A stretch of DNA of 64,000 bases, taken from the NCBI RefSeq assembly GCF_006345805.1, contig NC_043004.1, positions 93,124,001 to 93,188,000 on the forward strand. The letters are read 5' to 3'. The notes below the pieces were generated by a model. That model saw only the letters and a program-made list of their open reading frames with translations, had not been told where the DNA came from and searched no databases. Below are positions 48,985-60,972 of this stretch, piece after piece. The DNA is from Octopus sinensis (taxonomy: Eukaryota). The position numbers were made by a program, and so were the translations under genes. Position 1 is the first letter of the stretch; every line of letters begins with the position of its first letter.

Positions 48985-49215
48985 GTAACAGCGATGCCTT
49001 TCCTGACATCCCTCCTTACTTTCTCATGTGCAACTCGAGATTTCTCAAAAGTGGCTGTCCCAGTAAAGGTTTTAGTTGCCAATTTTGTACAAGACATTGT
49101 AGATCTTTAGCTGGGCTAAAAAGTCACATTCGATCACAGCACCAGTAACAGTTAAGCTACGTGCAATGGCCATACTCGATAACGAGGGGGCAGCCATAAT
49201 GTATGTATGTATGCA
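48985..49215 (+). mobile_element. RTE-clade LINE 3' end with (ATGT)n tail
   Basis: FSCQFCTRHCRSLAGLKSHIRSQHQ* C2H2-like C-terminus; 3' UTR CGTGCAATGGCCATACTCGATAACGAGGGGGCAGCC then ATGT repeats. Confidence 0.75.
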
Positions 49216-50467
49216 TCAAAAAGTTGTTTAAATAAAGTATATATACCTGCTGCAAACAGAAAAAAACGGAGGTCATCAGTGAGAAAATGTTAATTCTAGC
49301 TTTAACGAATAGGAAATAAACTAAACTTTATTCTAAAGATCCTTATTTACAATAAAGTACCAATGCTTGTCAGCGCTGAAATTTATTTCGTCCAGCAGCT
49401 AAGAATGAGCTTAATCACAGTTGGCGCCTGGAGCTGTGAAATCTCTGAAACAGAAATGCTTTCTTTCAGATAAAAATTGTAAACAAAAATTCTGACTCAA
49501 TTTCTCACCGTTTTTGCTTAGATTTTCTCACGGTCAGCTTTAGAGTGACCAATTTCTGAGGACGGAAATTTTTTGGATTCTTTTGTTGTTTTGTCTTTGT
49601 TGTGATTTGTTTTGTGTTTGTTTCTTATGTATTTTCTGTTTATTTTATCAAGCTGGTCGTAAGTAATGTGCATAACTTTTGCAGTTATTCACAGAGGGCC
49701 AGAATAACTGGTGGTGTGAGAATGACTGGTTAAATTGTTAGAGTTAACATTCAGGTAAAACGTGAGCAGGAAGAAAATTGTATAGGACTTCTGTTCTGGG
49801 TGGGAAAGAAGAACTGAACCAAGTACTTAGCTTCGTGTGGAGTTTTGGAGATGTGGCACACCAAGGGATGATGGGACTTTCTCAGTGTTGTACTCTATAA
49901 TTTTATAATCTGAGAAAATAGATTTATTTTACTACTGTGCACAAGATTTGCCTTGTTGGTGACAATATATGTGAAGAATCAACGTAACTTACTTTGAAAG
50001 GAAATTTTCAATGAAAAAATTGCTAATTACCCAATTCTTCAATAATAACATCGATCAGCAAATAACAAACTTTTTATAAACATGTTATCGAAACATTTTA
50101 ACAAAACCATCCCATGAAACCTCTCATAAAAATCCAGTGAGGATTATAATAACGTTTAAATCCGTTCAAATCTGCAAGAACGGATTAAGAATGAATAGTT
50201 CCATCATTGTCTGGATTGTTGCTGATCTGCATGCACCCTATGAATCATTATCCGTTTGTCAGAAATCTCCTCGCATCAACAAATAATTTATTAGCTTGGG
50301 CTTTTGTAAGAGCCATCAGTGCGGGCTGCCTTCGACTGAGAAAGCAAACAGCGAGGTCGAAACACCGCTGTCTCGAAGTCTCCTTACGCCGGTGAAGTAC
50401 GTGTGTTACGGACACACATCGCCTAAAAGGAGATGTTATCCAATGATGACTAGCAGCAACGATCAGA

Positions 50468-51873
50468 TACGAGAGGGTACCCAAAAGTAATCGGAAACGT
50501 TCTCTGTGAAACAAGCCCGTTGTAGTTCAGGCTTCCACTGCTAGAAGTCACTTGACGCGACCCTCAGGCATCAGTCTCTCGACCTGCATTGTCGACTGTG
50601 GTCGTACTGCCACGTAGTGTGTCTTTGTTTTACAGTACTTCTCCCCTATTCGTCGATTTTTGTTGAAACGAAGGAACAGTGTACTTCCGAGAACTTCTGT
50701 TTACAGCTGGGGAAAATGGCAACCGAAACAGTTGTCATGCTTCAAATAGCTTACAAGGATGCTTCCACGAGCAAAACACAAGTTTACGAGTTGTCTCCAC
50801 ACATTACGAATGGTTGTTTGTTGCTTGAAGACGCGACCGTCGACCTCCCAAACGAATGAAGGCATAAACTGGTCTTGGAGGACCGTCGCCGAACAATTCA
50901 CGAACTTGTTGATATGACTGGTGTGTCCTGGAGCTCCTCCCAACGAATTTTCAGCGAGGAATTGCGAATGGAAAAAGTTGCAACAAAATTTGTGCTTCGC
51001 TTGCTCACGGAAGATCAAAAACAGTCACGACTAAATGCGTGTCGTGAACCGAAAGAACATTTGGAATTTGATCCGGAAACGAAGAAGCAATCAAGTCAAT
51101 GAAGGCATTCAATGTCACCACGTCAAAAGTGCGTCGTGTAAAGTCCGGTGTGAAGACGATGCTGATTTATTTTATTGATGTGAAAGGAACTGTTCCTCCT
51201 GGTCAAACTGCTAACCGGACGTTTTACTTGACAGTTCAGACGCGTTTGGGAGACACGGCGAGACAAAAACGCTCTGACCAGTGGCAAAGTGGAGAGTGGT
51301 TGTTATGTGTAGTTTGGGTTCTAATGGGAAAGACAACCAAATGAAAACCATTGTTATTGTTTACGTGTTTATTTTCATTACCTGTTACACGGACGACGAC
51401 ATTACAGCGTAGTAATACATTATATACTTTACACACAGTTTGTACTGTTCACTAACAAATAGTGCCAAGAGTGGGGATGTGGTTTGGCATACGCAAACAC
51501 ATACATATGAATGTGTAACAGTGGTGGTTTTTATTCACGGCAATGCGCCTTCGCACACCACCTTGAGTGTGAGACAGTTTTTGACTAGAAATAGCATGAC
51601 CACGTTTACTTACATTCCCTATTCACTCGAATGGAAAAAGTCCTTTAAAGAAAAAATTTGGTTGACGTGGAAGAGGTGCAGAAAAAAATGACAGAGGCGT
51701 TAAAAGGTATCACTTCGCAAGAGTTCTAGAACTACTTCGAACGGTGGAAAACACGTATGGACTGATGCATTGCTTCAAAGGGAGAATACTTTGAAGGCAA
51801 TAAAAGTGTGAATATGTAAAGCTAAGTGAATAAGATAATATTGCAAAATTCCTGTTTCTTTTCATATGTACGT
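50468..51873 (+). mobile_element. Mariner element (pseudo-transposase) carrying a solo LTR
   Basis: TACGAGAGGG...left TIR. Fragments NFCLQLGK.ATET..ML..AY, EDRRRTIHEL...KFV.RLLTEDQK, VPPGQTAN..FY, W|W FIHGNAPSHT, YFEG. Right TIR degenerate. Confidence 0.88.
51301..51520 (-). mobile_element. Solo LTR of the 28932-30457 family
   Basis: TGTTATGTG...TGTGTAACA, similar to the 221-bp LTR including the 43-bp segment; exact 5-bp TSD GTGGT at 51296-51300 and 51521-51525. Confidence 0.93.
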
Positions 51874-52018
51874 ATCCATGCATGTATGTATGTATGTATG
51901 TATGTATGTATGTATGTATGTATGTATGTATGTATGTATGTATGTATGCATGTATGTATGTATGTATTTATGTATGTATGTATGTATGTATGTATGTATG
52001 TATGTATGTATGTATGTT

Positions 52019-52560
52019 AGGTCACTTTCGAGTGCTACTGGTAACATGTAACCCAGTACAACCTGTTGCATGGTCGGGTCGTCGGCGACTAAACCGGCAA
52101 CCCCACCAAGCTTGCTTGGTGAGGAGGGTGTTTATTGGACACCCTGCGGGATGAAAAACAAAACCCATCAAAGGACGGAGGAACTCTTGAGAGTCAACAG
52201 CCATCCAATAACTGTCTTAAGGCAGAGAAATAATCGGATTGAATATCCGATCGCGCGGTTAAACCATTGGGAGTGAAGGACTCCTAGCCTTTGTTAGGGC
52301 ATCCTTCTAGGAGAAGGTAACCTAGGTAACTGGAATAACTCCAACATAAAACCTGCGGCTCAGTGGTTACCGATGATGTTGACTTGTTCTTCTTTTCGGA
52401 TTATGGCTGCTGTTGCTTAGTGAGTGGGATTGACTCAGTGCACAGCCTTTCCTCACATTAAAAAAAATCTTCTTGCACAGGCATTGCACGATAACAACAT
52501 TGATTTAGCTTCGTGCAATCGCCATACTCGATAACGAGGGGGCAGCCACCATGTATGTAT
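52019..52560 (+). mobile_element. Non-coding element with a structured 5' part and the RTE-type 3' tail, between (ATGT)n arrays
   Basis: 3' end CGTGCAATCGCCATACTCGATAACGAGGGGGCAGCC(ATGT)n shared with 49160-49210; no ORF; several hairpins at the 5' end. Confidence 0.65.
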
Positions 52561-52624
52561 GTATGTATGTATGTATGTATGTATGTATGTATGTATGTAT
52601 GTATGTATGTATGTATGTATGTGT

Positions 52625-52691
<67 letters not shown>

Positions 52692-52693
<2 letters not shown>

Positions 52694-53069
52694 GTAAAGT
52701 TCATTTGCCATCAGAATGTGGCTGTCCTATAAAGGACGATGTTGCTGTTGTTTAAGCTTCAGGAAAGCATCTCTTCCAGAGCTGGCTATCAACACACAGT
52801 CTGTGACTGTATAGTGTTGGCAAGGGAGGTCATCGCTCCCATCTCCAGCCTTACGTGATACTCACAGACCATGGTTTCTGGGTTTATACCCGTCTTCAAT
52901 GAGAGATCATCACTCGCTGTTGAAAGCTTTCTCCACTCGCAAACACTATATGGACATAGACTGTGTGTTGACAGCCATCTGGAAAAGATGTTTTTTTCTG
53001 GGGGTTAAACAACAGTAGCATCGTCCTTTATAGGACCACCACATTCTGTTGGCAAATAAACTTTTACTG
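52692..53069. mobile_element. Tc1/mariner-type MITE with ~110-bp TIRs
   Basis: (T)AGTAAAGTTCATTTGCCATCAGAATGTGG... / ...CCACATTCTGTTGGCAAATAAACTTTTACTG|TA. Confidence 0.82.
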
Positions 53070-53184
53070 TATATATCTCGCTGAGTGGTTTAAAGCAAGT
53101 TGTTTACATATATATATATGTGTGTGTGTATGCATACACACACACATATATGCATATATAGATATACTTACATACATACATATA

Positions 53185-53218
<34 letters not shown>

Positions 53219-53360
53219 CATATATATATACACACATGGGGATGAATAGATGGAAACAAGCATGTATATAATATTGCATATGCGTGTTTACAAAAACACA
53301 TTTAATTAGACCACATATGTTCGAATAAAGATGTCTAGACGGACATGGCTGTGTAGTAAG

Positions 53361-53406
<46 letters not shown>

Positions 53407-55392
53407 CAGCCATTACATCTGTCACTCGCATATGAGTCTGAGGTGTATACGTATTCGCGAACGCACAGACACCCTATAACACTTATTCCAGTGGAACATC
53501 CAAGAGATGACAGCTGCAGGGAGAGAAAGCTGTACCAGCACTAGACTGCAACACATATTTCTGTGGAATGAACTGGAACACTGTGGAATGATGTGCTTTT
53601 CTCAAAGACACCATACCCTGACCACGTGCTTTTACACAAACACACACGCACACACACTCAGATATTAACACACAGCAAAGACAGCCCATCTAAGGCACTG
53701 TGGTTATGGTACTCTGATGTCGAGTAGAGAGGAACAATTCTCATATCCTCTCAGAAAAGCTCTCTTGTGTGGGTGGTGTGATAGAATGCACTCAGCCCCT
53801 GATGTAATAGGAAGGACAATGAGCTGTAAAGAAAAAAAAAGCATACGCCCAAATCGTGAGTGGAAGGAAGCAACGAAAGAGAGCTTCGCACAATAGTGGA
53901 TTAGTCAAATGAGAACATCTAACCGTATGTAAAATCCCCCCTTTGAAATGCAAAAATAAACAATAAATAAATAAATAAATAAATAAAGCAGACGCCACAC
54001 AAGACATCCCCACGCCTCGTCAGGTTTAAACTTCTGGGTTGCCATTATCGATATTGGTACAATGAAATGTAGGACTAGAGAGATCGAAGAGAAGGTATAG
54101 TACGGGAGCATAGCCGTGTGTCGCCTTCAATAGGTAAGATGGAGTGGAACCTCAACTAGCCTTCAAATGAGCAAGTAACACAGTTACAAATTTCTTCGAG
54201 TTTGTAGCAGTGCTGGAGTTGGTCAAATAGATATATCATTAGCAAAGAAATTGGTAAATAAAGTAACTGCGGTAGGTAGAATATGTTACAGAATAATTTA
54301 ATTTAGAGCAGTTATTTGCAATACATGATAACGGCTATCACTACATATGAACTACAATAAGGATTGCCTATTGAAGAAAAGAACTGTTTAGGATCCCTCT
54401 TTCACTCTTGAAAATACAGTTTATGATCTACATAAATTTATGACATTGTTTCAGCACAAAAAAAATATATATCAACAATTCACTTCATATCAAGATAAAG
54501 GCCATAATATCATTCAGTCTATTTTGCTTAATGTAGATATACTATCGAAAGTCACCAAACTGCAGCTTTCGCCTTGAGAAAGATTCTCGTACACACGTAT
54601 TATGCTAAAATGCGCAAAACTGTATCAGCTGCAAGCCCGCCAGCAATTTGTGACGCCATTTATTCATTAATCAGGTTTTTTTTCCTGTATCAGTTGCGGC
54701 GAAATATGTCTAAGTATGCGGTTGATAGTGGATACATGTTACTGATGATGTGCAAAGAAACAGAAATTGTGATTTACCAAGTCCACTACCACTGCCGGAC
54801 TCTTTTCATCTGCTACTGAGACAGTTGTGTGATTTTTAACGATATACGTCAATACGAGAAGCTTTTTCAAGACGAATACAATAGTTTTGTGTTTTTCTGC
54901 AGTATATCCACGTTAAGTAAGGTTTACAGATTGCTATTCTGAACCAGTAGTGCTTAATAATATAATAATAATAATAATAACGAATCTAGATATAGGTCAC
55001 ATGATCAGTGATTTCAGACTGCAATGCAATTTAAATTGTCTTATCTGGTCAAAGTAAATTGATATCCTTTTCCTCTTGTCTACCTCAAGCAAAATTTTAG
55101 CATCCAAACAAAATTCCAATCTGTTTGCATCAATGTTATTAAATGAAACCACACCCTAGACATAGCGTCATGCCTGTAGCTTTATTATACATTCATAGAG
55201 ATTTCATTGAAGTGATAAAACTTTATACACTCCTTCATTAAGTATATCAGTTAGCGTGGGATGAGTAGGTTTCTGTGTCATTCTATGTGTGTAGATGTGT
55301 GTGGGGAATTCCTACGTATACTTGCTTTTTCAGATATCTCATTTAAACTGAACTGATTGGTAAATTTGATAGGATTAACCTATAAACATGAG

Positions 55393-55438
<46 letters not shown>

Positions 55439-55447
55439 GTACATATA

Positions 55448-55493
<46 letters not shown>

Positions 55494-55496
55494 ATA

Positions 55497-56050
55497 GCCC
55501 TGATGCAGTACCAGGCAGTGGCTCTCATGGCTTCTAATCTAAACTGATTGGAAGTATTATCGTGTACATTGTTTTGCCTTGGTATAAAAGATGGGCTACA
55601 GCAAATATTCTACTCAATACCACAGATTTGCTTGTCAGATGTTTGACCTTAACCAGTTGAGCATGTCCCTTAGTGGCTGACGATATGTACATCTCTGATC
55701 ACAAGCAGGAGTAGTGGGGGAACATCATAGCCATGTGTTGAGAGGGATTCTTTGGGGTTTGAATAATTCACCTATGCAAACATGGGTGTTTCGTTCAACA
55801 TCCTTAAACAACTCATATCCAGGCACCTTTTGAGCGGGATGGGCTACTCGACTAGAAGAAAATTCTAACTGGGCCCCACCTGCAAGGTCATGTGCTGTTT
55901 ATCTTGATATGAGATCACTATGTCGCGCACATATGGTTGTGATGCATGTGCCTAGTGTACCCTTATCAGACGGGTAGTCATGATGGGTATACTGGGCTTC
56001 GTATATTTTACCCCAGTGTCAGTTTGATGGCATGTACTGCTCTCTCACTC
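55497..56050 (+). mobile_element. Unclassified ~555-bp repeat, second copy
   Basis: Same ends and sequence as 38260-38813; (AAT)n tail. Confidence 0.85.
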
Positions 56051-56149
56051 AATAATAATAATAATAATAATAGGGAGTATAACTCCAAACTTACAGGGAA
56101 AATTCAATTTAGTATTAAATCAAATTTCACAATATAAATATATAAAATA

Positions 56150-56223
56150 CTAGCAGAGATACCCGGCGTTGTCCGGTTACATTCAATTGAAGAATTAGAC
56201 TTTTCTTTTATATATATATGGAT

Positions 56224-56289
<66 letters not shown>

Positions 56290-57707
56290 TAACATAAATA
56301 CATGAAAGTACATGAAGTTTGTTAAAACAAGGGGGATCATGTATATACATCCTGGCTGTTGAGATTGTAAACAATGTTCCTTGTTTTTCCTTGTGGAGCA
56401 TATACAAAAAGGTTTCTTTTGGTTCCTACTCTTGAGCAGCCAACATACAGTTGCCCATGAGAGAAGCAGGGCTCTTCCAAGTAAAGACCAGCTACAGAGA
56501 GGGTTTGACCCTGAGATTTGTTAATGGACATGGCAATGTAAATGGAATTTCTGCTCCTGATGGAGTAAGAGGAAATCTTGGAATAAAGACGTCATCACCT
56601 TTTCCACATCCAGAAAGAATGATCGCCTCGATAACGTGTGACATTTTCTTTATCCCCAGTCGTGTTCCATTGCAAAGTCTTGGTGGTTCCAGATTGCGGA
56701 GTAGCATTACAGGAGTTCCAACTTTAAGTGCTAATATGTGTGGCGGTAGTTCAGGAGGCTCCAGTGAATTGAGAAATTCAGGAGGATAGTTCACAACTTC
56801 ATTTATATCTGGAATTGTATCAACAGACTTGTAAGTGTGTATAGTGCCGGGAAGAGAATGCATTAGCTGTTGATTAATTTTGTTAACAGCAACGTTTTTT
56901 GGAGCTAATATTGCTCTTTCATACAGCCAATTGTGATTTTGGTAGTTTTGTGTGAAGTTGGGAAAGACTTTGTTTTTGAGGTCATCTACAGAATTAACAA
57001 CAGAGGAAAATGACCACACTTCCATTTGTCCTGCAGCATCGAGAGGCATCTTGCCTTCACCAAGTGTCAAAATGTCCTGTGCAAACTTTGTGGACATTTT
57101 GTCGCCGTGTAGCTGAGCTCTCATGTTAGTGGTGAGACTGAGGATTGTAACATGATGTCACAGGGTAGAGGACTTTAGGCATGCTTGGACTTCATATGCT
57201 CTAGTGTCTTTCGAAATGACAGGAAGAGTTTGCCTGAAATCACCTGACAACAGAAGCGTTACACCTCTCATTGGAGCCTGACAGTCTCGGATGTCTTTCA
57301 GGGCTCTATCTAATGCTTCCAAAGCTCCCTTGTGAGCCATAGTGCACTCATACCAGACAATTAGATGACACATTTTAAGTACTTGTCCCTGATCTGAGCT
57401 TTTGTTGATGTTGCATGAAGGCATTTCGGATGCTGCTAAATTGAGAGGGAGTTTAAAAGTCGAGTGTGCTGTCCTGCCACCGGGTAACAAAGTAGCTGCA
57501 ATGCCAGAGGAGGCTACAGCTACTGCAATGTCCTGATGCTGCCTAACTTCTGCAAGGAGAAGCTTTGTAATAAATGTTTTTCCTGTCCCTCCAGAAGCAT
57601 CGAGGAAGAAGATTCGTTCCTCTCGTTGGTGTACACTGTTAAGAATAGTTCTGTAGGCCTGCAGCTGGTCCGGAAGTAATTTAGGCTCATTTTCAACAAT
57701 GTATTTT
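56150..57707 (-). mobile_element. Helitron 3' fragment encoding a PIF1-like helicase (pseudogenised, Rep domain missing)
   Basis: FFLDASGGTGKTF, AVASSGIAATLLPGGRTAHSTFKLP, LSGDFRQTLPV, VMLLRNL.PPRLCNGTRL, INKSQGQTL...FSHGQLYVGCSRV. 3' hairpin CCGGACAACGCCGG then CTAG|T at 56153-56150. Confidence 0.93.
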
Positions 57708-57894
57708 GAAAGCTATTTTATTAATTAATTTTATTTCTATGTTTTGGTTTATGTTTTTCACTGTTTGATTTGCCTAATAGTAGTTTTATCTCTAATTTAA
57801 TTTATATTTATACTGTAAAATTTGATTTAATCCTAAATCTAATTTTTCCCTGTAAGTTTGGATTTACTCCCTAATATTGTTATTACATATATAT

Positions 57895-57972
<78 letters not shown>

Positions 57973-58029
57973 CATACATACATACATACATACATACATA
58001 CATACATACATACATACATAACCATACAT

Positions 58030-58200
58030 ATACATGACAGGCTTCCACACAGTTTCTGTCTCCCAAATTCGCTCAGAAGACAGTCGACCCCAGACCTATA
58101 GTAGAAGACACTTGCCTAACACAAAGTATGGTGCTCTGGAATTGAATACGAAACAATGTGGTTACAAAACAAGCTTCTTAATTGCACAGCCACGACTGCA
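58030..58200 (-). mobile_element. SINE family A head (degenerate)
   Basis: ...TATAGTAGAAGACACTTGCC...CACAGCCACGACTGCAC. Confidence 0.7.
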
Positions 58201-58659
58201 CCAAGTTAATATTGGAGTAATGTTGCCGCATCTCCAAGCATGAATTTTGCTGATGTTGCAACTGTTCGTTCAAGCATTGAGGACAAATGCTGGCGGATGT
58301 TTACTTCGGTTTTTTATATCTATATTTCAGTTCCCACGAGTTTCTCTATTAAGTAGAATATTTCCATAGATCGACTCAACGAAGCAGATCATACCAATGT
58401 GACACTAAACACAGCAACAAGAAATCTCTCAAAACACGCCATTGTGGCTTGTTTCAAAAGAAAAAAGAAAGAGAAGAAGAGAAAGAAAATAGTTACGTTG
58501 GACAAAGATAAATTGTTCAGGCATTACACATCATAAATGACTTGCGAAACACATTGTGCGATAATTTTTATATGACTTTAAGGGCGTCGGTACGTAGCCG
58601 TAGCCATGTTTTGTCAGTGCGCGTGTGTTGTGTATGTTATATATATAATATATATATAT

Positions 58660-58705
<46 letters not shown>

Positions 58706-58706
58706 G

Positions 58707-58749
<43 letters not shown>

Positions 58750-58786
58750 TATATATATATATGTATGTATGTATGTATATATATAT

Positions 58787-58915
<129 letters not shown>

Positions 58916-58950
58916 TATAGTACGTATATATATATATATATATATATATA

Positions 58951-59137
58951 CGGAGAGTTTACGAAAAAAAACAACAAAAGACGAAGACAGGTGGTGTACA
59001 AAACAAACAAATGTATTAGTATAACGCTCAGAAATAAAAAAAAAGTCTTTTACGTTTCGAGCCTACGCTCTTCTACAGAAAGGGACACAGAAAACAAGGA
59101 GAGAAAAAAATGTGTGTAGTGGCTAACGACCTATCAT
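58951..59137 (-). mobile_element. Penelope-like 3'-end stub in (TA)n carrying a variant hammerhead
   Basis: (TA)n on both sides; minus end ...CGTAAACTCTCCG|TATA; hammerhead-like motif at 59047-59082. Confidence 0.6.
59047..59082 (-). ncRNA. Core-variant minimal hammerhead-like motif
   Basis: CTTT-CTGTAGAA-GAGC GTAG GCTC-GAAA-CGT-A-AAAG: helix I, helix II, GAAA, palindromic ACGU helix III and GUA triplet are intact; the core departs from CUGANGA. Confidence 0.55.
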
Positions 59138-59402
59138 ATATATATATTTATATACATAGTCCCACGCATGAGTTAATGTGTATGTATGTATATGTAAGCA
59201 TCTATAGGTTGTGTAGGCATATCTATGAATATAAGAGTGTGTACATATGTGTGTATATGTAAATATATATGCATGTTACTAATTCGTCAATGGATCATAC
59301 GAAAACGAAGCACATTCTAAAAGTCAGAACAGCCATTGGAGTCTGATGAGTCGTCTATAAGGCTAAGCGCTTTATGGATGCCAAAATAACCTCCTGTAGA
59401 TC

Positions 59403-59478
<76 letters not shown>

Positions 59479-59619
59479 AATGAACGACAAATTCCGCTCA
59501 ATTATACGTTTCTTCAGAATTAAGCCTAATGAGTGTTTCAAACAACAACCTTACAATAAAATCTCTCCATTTTTCTGTACATCTTTCAATGTTTTTTTCT
59601 TTTTGAGGAAACTGTTTAT

Positions 59620-59802
59620 TTGATCCACTCTTTATGTTTTAGCGAACCGCTAAGTTACGGGGACATAAACAAACCAACATCGGTTGTCAAGTGATGGTGG
59701 GGGGACAAACACACAAACTCACGCACATGCAGACACACATACACACACATACACACACACACACAAATATATATATAATATATATATATATTATATATAT
59801 AT

Positions 59803-59851
<49 letters not shown>

Positions 59852-60972
59852 CATATGTATATATATATACCCACATTAATCAGCCGAAATTGCTAAGATG
59901 ATCTGTTCTTGACTGATGACTGAGGGCTTCGAATGTCCCGTCCTGTGGTTCTTGTGTCGTCTCTGTGGTGTTTCATGTTTCTTGTCCATGTCTGTATTTA
60001 ATTTTACTGTTTACCTATATAATCGGCGGCTACGTATCCACAATTGTCCTTATACGATAGTATATTTTTTTTCTCAAGCTTTGATACGACTCTTAATCTG
60101 TCTCTTTTCTCTCTCTCTCCCCTCCCCCTTATTCACTTCCGTTCTTTCCCTCTCCATCCGTTCCCCCCCCCCCTTTCTACGTTTCTCTATCTCTCTTCAC
60201 CCCAGCCCCCTCGATCTGTCTCTTTCTTCTTCTTCTCCTCTCGTCCACCTTCTCTCCTTTTCATCTGTCCCTTTCTCCTGTCTTTTGGTCTCACGTGACA
60301 GCTAGCCGCTGTTGAGCGCTCTTTTCGTTTTCAGCAGCCTCAGAAGCAACACGGATTTGTTCGTCTCCCCGTGCCTTTAGGCACAACTTCACAAGCCAGC
60401 CCCTACCCAATCGTCCTGTCGAAAGACCCTTGTCCTACGTCCTTTTTGTTTTTTGTTTATTTTTTATTTTTACCGTTATGTTTTTACGTTTTTGTATTCT
60501 TATTGGTGTCACGTATTCTGTATTTTTGTTTGTGTACTTCGATCGTTTTCGTCCTTTCGTTGTATACATTCGAAGCTTTCTTCCAGGGGATCTAATGCGC
60601 TTGGCTTAGATTTCCCTTGGCGGGCTGGCATATCGGAGCAATCTCAAGATTAATCAGCCGAAATTGCTAAGATGATCTGGTTCTTGACTGATGACTGAGG
60701 GCTTCGAATGTCCCGTCCTGTGGTTTTGTGTCGTCTCTGTGGTTTTTCATGTTCTTGTCCATGTCTGTATTTAATTTTACTGTTTACCTATATATATATA
60801 TAATATATATACGACGGGCTTCGTTCAGTATCCGTCTACCAAATCCACTCATAAGGCTTTGGTCGGCCCAAGGCTATAGTAGAAGACACTTGCCCAAGGT
60901 GCCACGCAGTGTGACTGAACCCGAAACCATGTGATTGGTAAGCAAGCTACTTACCACACAGCTGCTACTGTG
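59620..60972 (-). mobile_element. SINE family A split by an insertion in its central microsatellite
   Basis: Partial tail half 59620-59760, head half 60810-60972. Confidence 0.75.
59875..60793 (+). mobile_element. ~920-bp non-coding element with ~145-bp terminal direct repeats in (TA)n (PLE pseudo-LTR / retrozyme-like)
   Basis: Direct repeats at 59875-60021 and 60649-60793, near identical, without TG...CA ends; pyrimidine-rich interior; ends ...GTTTACC(TA)n. Confidence 0.75.

Noticed and set aside
50190-50467. Three overlapping 60-90 aa ORFs left of the mariner
   Set aside because: No family similarity and no consistent splice signals; one ORF simply runs into the transposon TIR.
59341-59360. 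CTGATGAGTCG core-like motif
   Set aside because: No correctly placed GAAA or helix I partner.
60585-60616. Hairpin GGGGATCTAA...TTAGATTTCCC giving GAA-helix-AUC on the minus strand
   Set aside because: No CUGANGA core or helix I partner; treated as an ordinary hairpin.
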